Shown here: piece by piece, positions 9,632-19,616 of the stretch
How positions within the stretch are numbered: the stretch's first letter is position 1
How the letters are laid out: each line of letters opens with the position of its first letter
From: an uncultured Gemmatimonadales bacterium
GTDB lineage: Bacteria; Gemmatimonadota; Gemmatimonadetes; Longimicrobiales; RSA9
Length of the DNA stretch: 64,000 bases
Assembly: GCA_963798085.1 (NCBI GenBank)
Contig: CAWCRS010000002.1
Coordinates: 320,001-384,000, forward strand
Direction: 5' to 3'
The notes under the pieces: generated by a model
Told to the model about the DNA's origin: nothing
The model's database searches: none
Seen by the model: the letters and a program-made list of their open reading frames with translations, nothing else
Translations under genes and position numbers: made by a program

Positions 9632-10450
9632 TCAGCGCGCGTCAAACGCGGTGTTGATTTCCGCGAAGGGCAGCGCGTGCGCCAGGCTCGTGAACGTTCC
9701 CTGCGCGGCGATCTCGCCCGCCGCGTGCAGGAAGCCGGCCCAGGCCGCGCGCGCCAGTGCGCCGCCCACACTGATGCGCCGCACGCCCAGATCCGCCAGC
9801 TCGGCCACCGTCGTGAAGTCGCTGCCCACCAGGACGTTCACCGGCTTCGGCGCCACGGCGTTCACGACCGCTGCAATATCGGACTTCGACCGGATGCCGG
9901 GTGCGTACAGGCAGTCCGCGCCCGCCTCGGCATACGCCGTGAGTCGGCGCAGCGTCTCCCCCAGATCAGGTCGCCCGGCAATAAAGCCTTCCGATCGCCC
10001 GGTCAGCAGGACACGCCCGCCCTGGTCCTCGATCGCCTGCCGCGCGGCCTGCATGCGTTCGACGGCGAGGTCGAACGCGAACAGCGGATCCAGCGAATCG
10101 CCCGTCGAGTCCTCGATCGAAAGCCCCGCCACACCCGTCGACACCGCGGCTGCGACATTCGCGTACACCGCCTCCGGCGCCTGCGCGAAACCGCCCTCGA
10201 AGTCCGCGTTGACCGGCACGCGCACCGCGTCCGCCACCTCGCGCAGCCAGACCAGCGTTTCCTCGAGCGACATGTGATTGTCCGCCCGGCCTCGCGACCA
10301 GGCAAATCCCGAGCTGGTCGTAGCCAGCGCCTGGAAGCCCAGTTGTTCCAGCAGCCGCGCACTGCCCACGTCCCAGGGATTGGGAATCACGAAACACCCC
10401 GACTCGTGCAGCACGCGAAACGCCTGGTACCGGTCGGCGGCCGCTGTCAT
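9632..10450 (-). CDS. Isocitrate lyase/PEP mutase family protein
   Basis: PNPWDVGSA, ATTSSG, PVNADFEGG, SIED, GADCLYAPG, GVRRISVG. Confidence 0.9.
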   Translation of the reverse strand: MTAAADRYQAFRVLHESGCFVIPNPWDVGSARLLEQLGFQALATTSSGFAWSRGRADNHMSLEETLVWLREVADAVRVPVNADFEGGFAQAPEAVYANVAAAVSTGVAGLSIEDSTGDSLDPLFAFDLAVERMQAARQAIEDQGGRVLLTGRSEGFIAGRPDLGETLRRLTAYAEAGADCLYAPGIRSKSDIAAVVNAVAPKPVNVLVGSDFTTVAELADLGVRRISVGGALARAAWAGFLHAAGEIAAQGTFTSLAHALPFAEINTAFDAR

Positions 10451-10642
10451 CTGTAAGCCCCTGTTGGGTTCGATTTCCCGCGCGCAACGCAGAACACCCG
10501 TCGTCGCCAGTCATCGGTTTCAGTACCCGGCAGCCCACGCGCCGGCTCACACGTCACACACGCACGCGTGACCCTGCGTGCCTGTGGGCGTCCTGCCGGC
10601 GGCCAGCGCTGCAGGTTGCGGCCGCTGCGGGCAACGCCGGTC

Positions 10643-10695
10643 TTGACGGCGATAGGTAGACATTCTATTCATGATAGTAAGACTTTCGACCTATC
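10643..10695 (+). promoter_or_regulatory. TTGACG -35 plus tandem/inverted operator upstream of padR
   Basis: GATAGGTAGACATTCTA and GATAGTAAGACTTTCGA near-direct repeats; GATAGGT...ACCTATC inverted ends. Confidence 0.55.
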
Positions 10696-10710
10696 ACGCC
10701 ACTCACCCGG

Positions 10711-11061
10711 ATGATCGTCGTGGCCAGCACACCACCCGCCCGCAACGAGCTGCTGCGCGGCACGCTCGACATGCTGATCCTGCAGACGCTCAGCGCGCAG
10801 CCGCTGCACGGCTACGCCATTGCGCAGCAGATCGAGCGCCTGTCGCAGGAAGCGCTGCGTGTGGAGCAGGGCTCGCTGTATCCGGCGCTCGAGCGGCTGC
10901 AGAAGAAGGGCTGGGCCACCTCGAAGTGGGGTGAGTCGCCCACCGGCCGGAAGGCGAGGTACTACACGATCACGGCTGCAGGCAAGCGACGGCTGGGCGC
11001 GGAAATCTCCAGCTTCGATGACATGCTGGTCGCGATCAACCGTGTTCTGCGCCGGGCGTAA
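10711..11061 (+). CDS. PadR-family regulator (Acidobacterial type)
   Basis: LLRGTLDMLIL...HGYAIA...EQGSLYPALERL...RKARYY. Confidence 0.92.
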   Translation: MIVVASTPPARNELLRGTLDMLILQTLSAQPLHGYAIAQQIERLSQEALRVEQGSLYPALERLQKKGWATSKWGESPTGRKARYYTITAAGKRRLGAEISSFDDMLVAINRVLRRA

Positions 11062-11064
11062 CGT

Positions 11065-13779
11065 ATGTCGCTGCTGGATGGCCTGCGTCACCGTCTCGCC
11101 GTATTCCTGCGCCAGTCGAGGTACGCGCGCGAGCTGGATGAGGAGCTGCGTTTCCATCTGGACATGGAGACGCTGGAGCGGCAGACAGAGGGTCGGGGCA
11201 CGCTGACACCGGCGCAGGCCCGGGCCGCGGCGCGCCGGCGTCTGGGCAACGAAGTGGCGATAAAGGAGGAGACGCGGCGCGCTGCCGGCCTCGGTCTGCT
11301 GGATGGCGTGCGCCAGGATCTGCAGTTCGCGCTGCGCACGTTCCGCCGCACGCCCACGTTCACGGTCGTTGCCGTGCTCACACTGGCCATCGGCATCGGC
11401 GCTAACACGGCGATATTCAGCGCGGTCGACGCGCTGCTGCTGCGCCCGCTTCCGTACCCGGAGCCGGACCGCCTCATGACGCTGAGCCTGACGGTGCCGG
11501 GGCACGGTGACCGGCCGGCGCGCGATGACGTGACCTGGTCGTATCCCAAGTTCGTGGCGCTGCGCGAATCGCAGCGTATTTTCTCCGATCTCACGCTCTG
11601 GGTGTCGAGTGAGTTCACGCTGCGCAACGGCGCTGATGTGCTGCGCGTTTCGGGCGAGTACATCGATGCGCACTACCTGCCCACGCTCGGTGTGCGCGTG
11701 CAGCTGGGCCGCGGCTTCCAGCCGGCGGATGACGCGGATATGGGCGGCGCGCGCGTAGCGGTGATCAGCGATCCGCTGTGGCGTTTACTGTACAACGCGG
11801 ACCCGGCCATTCTGGGCGCGATGCTCGACGTCGATGGCCGGCCCTATACGATCGTCGGTGTGGCTGCGCCCGAATTCCGCGGCCTTTCCGGGCAGGCGAC
11901 GTTCTGGATGCCGATTGCATCCTCTCCCCCCGGCTGGAATGTGACGGTGCCGTGGAATCACAACTATTTCGCGGTCGCGCGTCTCGAGCCGGGCGTGTCG
12001 GTGGACCGGGCGAAGGCGGAGGTGCAGCGGCTCGGCACACTCGTCGATGCCGTCTATCCCTCGCCTGTAGTCGCCACGGAGCACTGGGGTGCGGTGGCGC
12101 ACGAGCTGGATTCCGCGCGCGTGGATGCGCGCGTGCGGCGCACGCTGCTCATTCTTTTCGTCGCCGTGGGCCTGGTGCTGTTGATCGCCTGCGCCAACGT
12201 GGCGAACCTGTTTCTCGTGCACGCGGCCGGGCGCCGCGCGGAGATCGCGGTTCGCCTCGCCATTGGCGCCGGCCGGCGACGCCTGGTGCGGCAGCTGCTG
12301 GCGGAGAGTCTGCTGCTGTCGCTGTCAGGTGGCATCGCCAGTCTGGTCGTCGCATGGGTCGGCGTGCACGTACTCGCCGATGTCCAGCCGGCGCGCGTGC
12401 TGCGCCTTCAGGACGTTGCCGGACTGGGCGCATTGAATTTCACGGCGATCCGCCTGGATGGCGCCGCGCTGTCGTTTACTGCCGCACTGGCGCTCACGAC
12501 GGGAATACTGTTCGGGCTCGTGCCGGCCCTGCAGGCCACGCGCCCATCATTGACCCATGCACTGCAGGAGCAGCGCGCGGCACGCACTGGTACGCTGCGC
12601 CGGCTGAACAGTCGCAATGTTCTCGTCGTCCTGGAGATCGCGCTGGCGGTGGTGCTGCTGGCAGGTTCCGGCCTCATGCTGCGCAGTCTGGGACACCTGC
12701 TCGAGGTGAGGCCCGGGTTCACGCCCGAGCGTGTGCTGTCGCTGCGCGTGAACCGCGCGCCCGCCTGGGCCTTCGACTCCATCGCGCGCTTCTATGATGT
12801 CGCTGTGGAACGGCTCTCCGCATTGCCGGGCGTCACCGACGTCGCGCTGGAAGACTGCCCTCCGCTGCAGTTGTGCGCCGCCACCGACGCGGCCCTGCCC
12901 GATCGCCCGCCTGTGCCTCGCGGCACGGAGCCCGTGGTGGGCGTGCACTGGATCACACCCGCGTGGCCCGCGGTCATGGGCGTGCCGCTGCTGCGCGGCC
13001 GTCTTTTCGACACTCGCGACCGCAGGGATGGCCGCAAGGTGGTGCTGGTCAGCGAGACGGCGGCGAAGCGACTGTGGCCCGGCGAAGACCCGATCGGCCG
13101 GCCCCTGCTCATCGACGGCGCGGTTTTCGAGCACGACACCGCGTACGTCGCCGGCGTCGTGGGTGACGTGCTCTACGAAACGCTCGACCAGCCGCCGCGA
13201 TCGGACGTCTACGTCTCGTACTATCAGGCGCCGTTCAGCTACCGCATGATGCTGTTCCTGCGCACGCGCGGTGAGCCTGCCGGGCTGGTGCGCGACGCGG
13301 TGCGCGCAATGCACGAGGTCGCGCCCGGATTTCCCGTCTACGACATCGACACCATGAGCGGCCGCATGGCCAGCTCGACCGCGTACGCGCGTTTCAGCGC
13401 GCTCGTGCTCGGCCTCTTCGCAGCGCTCGCCCTGGCGCTGGCCTGCATGGGCACGTACGGCGTGATCTCCTACGGCGTCGCGCAGCGCACGCGTGAGATC
13501 GGCGTGCGCACCGCGCTGGGCGCAACACGCGGCGATGTCGTGGGCCTCGTGGTCGGGCAGGGCATCACGCTCGCCGCAATCGGCGCCCTCCTCGGCCTCG
13601 CGGGCGCGCTCGGCGCCACACGGGCGTTGCGCTCACTGCTCTACGATGTGCAGCCCGGCGATCCATTGACGCTCGCGAGCATCATCGGCGTGCTGCTCAT
13701 CGCCGTGCTGGTGGCGTGCTTCATCCCGGCCAGGCGAGCCGCCACCGTGCCGGCAATCCAGGCGCTGCGCAGCAACTGA
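11065..13779 (+). CDS. ADOP-type duplicated MacB/FtsX permease
   Basis: 'ELDEELRFHL' prefix, 'GIGANTAIFS', 'LIACANVANL', 'QRTREIGVRTALGA'. Confidence 0.92.
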   Translation: MSLLDGLRHRLAVFLRQSRYARELDEELRFHLDMETLERQTEGRGTLTPAQARAAARRRLGNEVAIKEETRRAAGLGLLDGVRQDLQFALRTFRRTPTFTVVAVLTLAIGIGANTAIFSAVDALLLRPLPYPEPDRLMTLSLTVPGHGDRPARDDVTWSYPKFVALRESQRIFSDLTLWVSSEFTLRNGADVLRVSGEYIDAHYLPTLGVRVQLGRGFQPADDADMGGARVAVISDPLWRLLYNADPAILGAMLDVDGRPYTIVGVAAPEFRGLSGQATFWMPIASSPPGWNVTVPWNHNYFAVARLEPGVSVDRAKAEVQRLGTLVDAVYPSPVVATEHWGAVAHELDSARVDARVRRTLLILFVAVGLVLLIACANVANLFLVHAAGRRAEIAVRLAIGAGRRRLVRQLLAESLLLSLSGGIASLVVAWVGVHVLADVQPARVLRLQDVAGLGALNFTAIRLDGAALSFTAALALTTGILFGLVPALQATRPSLTHALQEQRAARTGTLRRLNSRNVLVVLEIALAVVLLAGSGLMLRSLGHLLEVRPGFTPERVLSLRVNRAPAWAFDSIARFYDVAVERLSALPGVTDVALEDCPPLQLCAATDAALPDRPPVPRGTEPVVGVHWITPAWPAVMGVPLLRGRLFDTRDRRDGRKVVLVSETAAKRLWPGEDPIGRPLLIDGAVFEHDTAYVAGVVGDVLYETLDQPPRSDVYVSYYQAPFSYRMMLFLRTRGEPAGLVRDAVRAMHEVAPGFPVYDIDTMSGRMASSTAYARFSALVLGLFAALALALACMGTYGVISYGVAQRTREIGVRTALGATRGDVVGLVVGQGITLAAIGALLGLAGALGATRALRSLLYDVQPGDPLTLASIIGVLLIAVLVACFIPARRAATVPAIQALRSN

Positions 13780-13793
13780 ATGAAGGTCGATTG

Positions 13794-14126
13794 ATGCAGG
13801 ACAACTTTTCGCCTGTTGCCCGGCAGAGCCTGCCGGACAAGCTGGCCAGACAGATACGAGACGCCATCCAGGCGGGCGCCTACAAGGAAGGCGACCGGCT
13901 GCCTTCGATCGGTGAGCTGGCCCAGACCTTCGGTGTCGCGCCACCCACCGTGCGCGAAGCGCTCACGCGTCTCGAGACGCTGGGTCTCGTGGAGGTGCGC
14001 CACGGCGTTGGCGTCTACGTGGGTAACACCGTTTTAGCCGAGCTGCTCGAGGCCGTGCGCGCCATGCTGCAGGCGGCAGCGCCGGCACCTCCCCCCGCAC
14101 GGCCTGCCCCGGTCGTGACCGTGTAA
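13794..14126 (+). CDS. GntR-family winged-helix protein lacking an effector domain
   Basis: GDRLPSIGELAQTFGVAPPTVREALTRLETLGLVEVRHGVGVYV followed by a short low-complexity tail. Confidence 0.7.
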   Translation: MQDNFSPVARQSLPDKLARQIRDAIQAGAYKEGDRLPSIGELAQTFGVAPPTVREALTRLETLGLVEVRHGVGVYVGNTVLAELLEAVRAMLQAAAPAPPPARPAPVVTV

Positions 14127-14133
14127 CCCGGAG

Positions 14134-15405
14134 TTACCGCGTGCTGCCCAGGAAGTGCATGAGCGCCGATGGCGTGGTTACGCGCCAGCTCTGGTACTCG
14201 TGTCCACCGGGGAATTCCGAGTAGGCCACGTCGTAGCCCTTCGCGTTGAGCACATCGCGGAAATGCCGGTTGACATCGACCTGGCCGGGACTGTTGCCGG
14301 CGGTGCGGTCGATCTCGAAGGTGCCCACTTCGAGCCAGTAGCGCACCGCCGTTTTCGGCTGCTTCGCCACCAGTCGCGCGAGATACTCCGGTTCGGGATC
14401 GCTCGCCGGACTCCACCAGAGTGACGCCGACTGCGAGATGACGTTGCCCACTACTTCGGGGTGCGCGATCGCCATCCAGTCCGCGGCCAGGCCGCCGTGA
14501 CTCGAGCCCATGACGATCGTGTGCGCTGCATCGCTGGCCAGGCCGTACCGTGCGCGCACGAAGGGAATCAGCTCGCCCGTCACGTACTCCGTGAAGCCCG
14601 GATTGGGCGCAAGCTCGACCATGCGATTGGTCTGGTTCACGAACACCGCGACGACCGGCGCGATGCGGCCGGCCGCAAGCAGATTGTCCAGGATATCCGG
14701 AACGCGCACGGTGGACCGGTAGGTCGGCCCGTCGAACACCACCAGCAATGGCAGTCCCGCGAGCGCGGGCACCGGCGGCGTGTAAACACCAAAACGCCGG
14801 CGTGTCCCCAGCGCGCGGCTGTCGATGTCCAGATTCTCGATCTTGCCGTGCGCAACATCGGATTGGGGTTGCGACCACGTGTCCGGCCGCGCGCGCGGTC
14901 CGAGCAGCAGTGAGCGACGATTCTGCGCCGAGTCCACACGCGGATTGAACGGATCCGGCCGGTTCTGCGCCCAGCGTCTTCCCTGATTCGGCTCCAGTGC
15001 CCAGGGAATCAGGTCATCGTTCGCGCGGAACACGTACCCGAGGCGGATATCCGCCGGCACCGCGACCGTGATGTGCCAGATGTCGGTTCCGGGCACGCGC
15101 TCCAGCTGGTTCAGGATGTACGCCCAGCCGTTGACGCCGTTCTCCAGGACGACGTTCTGGATGGTGTCGCTGCGGTAGACGAAGCTCGCCAGGATCTTCG
15201 TGGTGTCGTCCGGCAGCGGATCCATCAATGGCGTACCCCTCGCCACGATCGAGTCCCAGAACGCCTGCACGCTCGCAGCATCACCCGCGTGTACACGAGA
15301 CAGCAGTCGTGCCAGCGTGGGGCCCGGTTCCTTCTGCCGCTGCGCGCTCGCTGCCACCGGCACCAGCAGCAGAGCGGTCGTTATCAGGAGTCGCCTGCAG
15401 CGCAT
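14134..15405 (-). CDS. Secreted enterochelin-esterase (Fes)-like alpha/beta hydrolase
   Basis: Signal peptide; GSSHGG nucleophile elbow; 'PLLVVFDG', 'SQSAS', 'GGHEY'. Confidence 0.8.
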   Translation of the reverse strand: MRCRRLLITTALLLVPVAASAQRQKEPGPTLARLLSRVHAGDAASVQAFWDSIVARGTPLMDPLPDDTTKILASFVYRSDTIQNVVLENGVNGWAYILNQLERVPGTDIWHITVAVPADIRLGYVFRANDDLIPWALEPNQGRRWAQNRPDPFNPRVDSAQNRRSLLLGPRARPDTWSQPQSDVAHGKIENLDIDSRALGTRRRFGVYTPPVPALAGLPLLVVFDGPTYRSTVRVPDILDNLLAAGRIAPVVAVFVNQTNRMVELAPNPGFTEYVTGELIPFVRARYGLASDAAHTIVMGSSHGGLAADWMAIAHPEVVGNVISQSASLWWSPASDPEPEYLARLVAKQPKTAVRYWLEVGTFEIDRTAGNSPGQVDVNRHFRDVLNAKGYDVAYSEFPGGHEYQSWRVTTPSALMHFLGSTR

Positions 15406-15532
15406 TGTGGTGCTCTCGCTTTCTGTGTTCTCCTGTGCTTCCCGTGACCACGGCTTGCGCGCAAAAGACCGATGCTGCGCACCCGGCGGCGCGCAGCATA
15501 CTGCAACGCGTCCGGCCCTGCCACCGGATGCC

Positions 15533-15559
15533 GGTCACATTTGTCCTGCGGGAAGCGTC
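15533..15559 (+). promoter_or_regulatory. ECF41-type promoter GGTCACA-N16-CGTC
   Basis: Matches the ECF41 consensus TGTCACA-N16-CGTC with exact spacing, ~35 bp upstream of the sigma gene. Confidence 0.75.
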
Positions 15560-15594
15560 ATTGGTACGGAACAACACCACGGGAGAAGCGACGT

Positions 15595-16470
15595 TTGGAT
15601 CACAGTGAATGGCTGGCCGCACGGTTCGAGACGCATCGCGCCCGTCTGCGCGCTGTGGCCTGGCGGATGCTCGGTTCGCAAAGTGAAGCCGACGATGCCG
15701 TTCAGGAATCCTGGCTCCGCCTCAACCGCTCCGCCGCCGACAGCGTCGACAACCTGGGCGGATGGCTCACGACCGTGGTCGCGCGCGTCTGCCTCGACAT
15801 GCTGCGCTCGCGCAAGGCGAGGCGCGAGGAACCCATCGCTGCGCCACTGCCCGAGCCCGCCAGCGATCCGCACGACGCCACCGGGCCCGAGCGGGAGATG
15901 CTGCTGTCCGAGTCGCTCGGTCTCGCGTTGCTGGTTGTGCTCGAAACGCTGTCACCCGCCGAACGCGTGGCGTTCGTGTTGCACGATCTGTTCGCTGTGC
16001 CCTTCGACGAGATCGCGCCCATCGTGGGCCGCACTTCGGCCGCCGCGCGCCAGCTCGCGAGCCGCGCCCGGCGCCGCGTGCGCGGAGCCGCTGCCGTGCC
16101 CGACGATTTCAACCGGCATCAGGAAGTGGTCGCCGCCTTCCTCACGGCCTCGCGCGGCGGCGACTTCCAGGCGCTGCTCGCACTGCTCGACCCGGATGTC
16201 CTGGTCCGCGCCGACAGCAGTGCCGTCCAGCTCGGTGCGGCGCGCGAAGTCCGCGGTGCCGCCGCCGTGGCCGGCACCTTCGCCGGACGCGCCCGCGCCG
16301 CGCAGCCCGCGCTCATCAACGGCGCCATGGGCCTCGCCTGGGCTCCGGGCGGACAGCCTCGCGTCGTCTTCAGCTTCACGATCACCCGCGGCAGAATTAC
16401 CGCAGTCGACGTCATCGCCCGCGCCGACCACCTTCGCAACCTCGACCTCGTGCTCCTCGACAATCATTGA
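15595..16470 (+). CDS. ECF sigma-70 factor with SnoaL-like C-terminal extension (ECF41/SigJ-like)
   Basis: 'FETHRARLRAVAWRMLGSQSEADDAVQESWLR', 'LSPAERVAFVLHDLF', 'GDFQALLALLDPDV'; TTG start. Confidence 0.9.
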   Translation: MDHSEWLAARFETHRARLRAVAWRMLGSQSEADDAVQESWLRLNRSAADSVDNLGGWLTTVVARVCLDMLRSRKARREEPIAAPLPEPASDPHDATGPEREMLLSESLGLALLVVLETLSPAERVAFVLHDLFAVPFDEIAPIVGRTSAAARQLASRARRRVRGAAAVPDDFNRHQEVVAAFLTASRGGDFQALLALLDPDVLVRADSSAVQLGAAREVRGAAAVAGTFAGRARAAQPALINGAMGLAWAPGGQPRVVFSFTITRGRITAVDVIARADHLRNLDLVLLDNH

Positions 16471-16505
16471 TCCGTCCCGTGTGCGTCGGGCCGCGGGCCG
16501 CGGCA

Positions 16506-16557
16506 TTCCCCTTGCGAACCAAGGTATGCGACCCTAGCTTCCCCTTGTGAACCGGGG
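16506..16557 (+). promoter_or_regulatory. Tandem operator-like repeat upstream of padR
   Basis: TTCCCCTTGCGAACCAAGG and TTCCCCTTGTGAACCGGGG; CCTTG-N5-CAAGG dyad. Confidence 0.55.
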
Positions 16558-16563
16558 GGAGAC

Positions 16564-16908
16564 ATGCCGCGCAATGTCATTGACGCCGTTCAGGGCACAC
16601 TCGATTTCCTGATCCTCAAGACGCTGTCATGGGGCGCCATGCACGGCTACGCGATTGCCAACTGGATCGGCGAAGCCACGGAGGCGGAGCTGCGCATTGA
16701 GGAGGGCACGCTGTATCCGGCGCTGCACCGGCTCGAGCATCGCGGCCTCATCGAGGCGGACTGGGGCGTGTCGGACAACAACCGGCGCGCGAAGTTCTAC
16801 CGGCTGACCACGACGGGCCGGCGCGAGCTGCGCGCGCGCACGAAGGACTGGGAGCGTTACGCGCGCGCGGTGGAGCGCGTGCTGACGCTGCGGCCTGGAG
16901 GATCCTGA
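16564..16908 (+). CDS. PadR-family regulator (Acidobacterial type)
   Basis: QGTLDFLIL...MHGYAIA...EEGTLYPALHRLE...NNRRAKFY. Confidence 0.92.
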   Translation: MPRNVIDAVQGTLDFLILKTLSWGAMHGYAIANWIGEATEAELRIEEGTLYPALHRLEHRGLIEADWGVSDNNRRAKFYRLTTTGRRELRARTKDWERYARAVERVLTLRPGGS

Positions 16909-16909
16909 G

Positions 16910-19546
16910 TTGCGCGGCCCGCGCACGCCGTTCTGGCGCCGCACCCGCGGTCTGTGGCAGGCCGACCCGCGCGCCGACATCGAGGACGAGCTTTCCTTTC
17001 ACCTGGAATCGCGCGTCCGCGATCTCATGGCGCAGGGCGTGCCGGAGCCGGCCGCACGTGCCCAGGCGCAGCGGACCTTCGGCGACGTGGTGCGGATACG
17101 GGAGGAGTTGCGACGCATGGACAGCCGGCATCTCGCGCGAACACGGCGTTATCGACTGCTGCAGGACCTGCGTGCCGACCTGCGTCTCGGCTTCCGGTTG
17201 CTGCTGCGGCGGCGGCTGTTCGCACTGGCGGTGATCGCGACGCTGGCGCTGGGCATCGGGGCCAGCACCACGATCTTCAGCGTGGTGCACGGTCTGCTGC
17301 TGCGGCCGCTGCCGTGGCCGGGAGGCGACCGGCTGGTCGTGTTGTGGGAGCACGACGTGCCCCGCGGCAAGGCCGGGAATGTCGTGTCAGTGCCCAACTT
17401 CGAGGCGTGGCGCGAGCGCTCGCGCAGCTACACGGGGCTGGCCGGACTCATGCCTGCCCGCTTCACGGTTACCGGCGATGCGCCGGATCGCATCTACGGC
17501 GGGGCGGTGTCACCGGAGTGGTTCAGCATCGTGGGTGTCGCGCCCGAGCTGGGCCGCGGCTTCACGCTGGAGGAGGCCCGCGCCGGTGATGTGATCGTGC
17601 TCAGTCACGCGCTGTGGGAGCGCCGTTTCAGCGCCAACCCGGCGTTAGTCGGGCAGACCATCACACTGGAGGATCGACCCTTCCGCGTGCTGGGCGTGAT
17701 GCCCGCCGGTTTCGACGCGCCGCGCTTCGGCTGGCTGGAAAAGCAGGATTTCTGGGTACCGTTTCTGCCTGATGCCGGGAACCGGAACTGGGGTCGCTTC
17801 CTGCTGGTGCTGGGGCGGTTGCGCGAGGGCGTGTCGCTGCCGATGGCGCAGCAGGAGCTGCGCGGCGTGGCGGATCAGCTGGCACGGACGGATCCAGCGG
17901 ATCGCGACTGGACCGCCGATGTCGTGACGCTGCAGGCCGAGCTGACCGGCGATCTGAAGACACCTCTGCTCGTGCTGCTCACGGCGGTCATCCTGCTGCA
18001 GCTCATCGCGGTTGTGAACGTGAGCAGTCTGGTGCTGGCGCGCGCCCAGGAGCGCGACCTCGAGTTCAGCGTGCGTGGCGTGCTCGGCGCCGGTCGCACG
18101 CGACTGCTGCGGCAATTGCTGGCGGAGGCGTTTGTCCTCATCTCGATCGGCGGTCCGCTGGGTCTGCTGCTCGCCATCTGGAGCACGTCGGCATTGCGGC
18201 CGCTGCTGCCGGGCGGTCTGCCGCGCATCGAGGCCATCCGCGCCGATGCGCCGGTGCTGTTGTTTGGTGGCCGTCTGGCATTGATCACATTCCTTGCCAT
18301 CGGGCTGGTCCCGATCGCGCGTCTGCTGCGCAGCTCGCTCGGGTCGATGCTGCGGGCGAGTGGCGGCCGCGTGACGCGGGCTCGCGGCGGCAGCGCGGTG
18401 ATGGTGGCGGAGATTGCGCTCGCGCTGACCCTTACCATTGCCGCCGGCCTCACCATGCGCAGTTTCGCGACGCTGCAGCGCACGCCCCTCGGCTTTACGC
18501 CCGAGCATCTTGTCGGCATGCGCCTCACGCTCGGGCACCCCCAGTACGACAGCGCGGCCAGTCGGGCCGCGTATTTCGCGCGCGCGATCGAGCAGCTCGA
18601 GTCGGTGCCGGGCGTGCAGTCCGCGGCCGCCATCAATGCGCGGCCGCTCTATGACGGCTCGCCGGCCACTGCCGTGTACCTCGCCGGCACGAAGCTCGAC
18701 CTGCCGCCCGTGGCGACCGTGCGCATCATCACGTCGAATTACTTTCGCACGGTCGGAACGCAGCTGCTCGAGGGCCGGGCGTTCACGGCTGCGGATCGCG
18801 CGGGTTCGCCTCTCGTCCTCATCGTCAGCCGTTCCCTGGCCCGCACACTGGTGCCGGACGCGAGCATCACAGGCCGACGCATTATCGTCGCCCTGAATAA
18901 TGGCATGAACGGCGAAGTGGTCGGCGTGGTGGACAATGTGCGCTTCGGCGGCCCCGCCGCGGCGAGCAGGCCGGCCGTGTACATCGCGCACGCGCAGTGG
19001 CCCATGGAAGCGATGGATGTAATGGTGCGTTCGACGCTGCCCCTCGCGCGTCAGGCGGACGCGCTCCGCGCCGCCATCTGGTCCGTCGACGCGGCCATCC
19101 CCATCCAGAACCTGCAGCCGATGTCGGATGTGGTCGCCGCGGCCATCGCGCAGGACCGGGTCAACATGCTGATCCTCGCCTTCTTCTCCGTAATCGCGCT
19201 GATTCTGGCGGGCACCGGTGTTTACGGCGTGTTAGCCATTGACGTCGGCCGGCGGCGGCGCGAGCTGGGCATCCGCATCAGCATGGGCGCGGCGCCCGCA
19301 CAGCTGCGGCGCATGGTGCTGACGAGGGCGCTTGCCACTGCCACCCTTGGCGTGCTGATCGGGAGTGCGGCCGCGGCGGCGGCGGCGCGCGCCATGCGTT
19401 CCATGCTGCACGGCATTTCGCCGGTTGATGCGCGCACGTTCGGGGGTGTCGCCCTGCTGATGTTCGCGCTGGCGCTGCTGGCCGCCTTCGTCCCGGCGTG
19501 GCGAGCCACCCGCATCGATCCGCTCCTGGCCATGCGCAGCGACTGA
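16910..19546 (+). CDS. ADOP-type duplicated MacB/FtsX permease
   Basis: 'IEDELSFHLE' prefix, 'LGIGASTTIFSVV', 'RRRELGIRISMGA'. Confidence 0.9.
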   Translation: MRGPRTPFWRRTRGLWQADPRADIEDELSFHLESRVRDLMAQGVPEPAARAQAQRTFGDVVRIREELRRMDSRHLARTRRYRLLQDLRADLRLGFRLLLRRRLFALAVIATLALGIGASTTIFSVVHGLLLRPLPWPGGDRLVVLWEHDVPRGKAGNVVSVPNFEAWRERSRSYTGLAGLMPARFTVTGDAPDRIYGGAVSPEWFSIVGVAPELGRGFTLEEARAGDVIVLSHALWERRFSANPALVGQTITLEDRPFRVLGVMPAGFDAPRFGWLEKQDFWVPFLPDAGNRNWGRFLLVLGRLREGVSLPMAQQELRGVADQLARTDPADRDWTADVVTLQAELTGDLKTPLLVLLTAVILLQLIAVVNVSSLVLARAQERDLEFSVRGVLGAGRTRLLRQLLAEAFVLISIGGPLGLLLAIWSTSALRPLLPGGLPRIEAIRADAPVLLFGGRLALITFLAIGLVPIARLLRSSLGSMLRASGGRVTRARGGSAVMVAEIALALTLTIAAGLTMRSFATLQRTPLGFTPEHLVGMRLTLGHPQYDSAASRAAYFARAIEQLESVPGVQSAAAINARPLYDGSPATAVYLAGTKLDLPPVATVRIITSNYFRTVGTQLLEGRAFTAADRAGSPLVLIVSRSLARTLVPDASITGRRIIVALNNGMNGEVVGVVDNVRFGGPAAASRPAVYIAHAQWPMEAMDVMVRSTLPLARQADALRAAIWSVDAAIPIQNLQPMSDVVAAAIAQDRVNMLILAFFSVIALILAGTGVYGVLAIDVGRRRRELGIRISMGAAPAQLRRMVLTRALATATLGVLIGSAAAAAAARAMRSMLHGISPVDARTFGGVALLMFALALLAAFVPAWRATRIDPLLAMRSD

Positions 19547-19616
19547 CAGGACACGGACCCGTTCCCGGCCGCGAGGCGGGCGGCCCGCGGGTGGACCGCC
19601 CGACCCCTGGCGCGGC

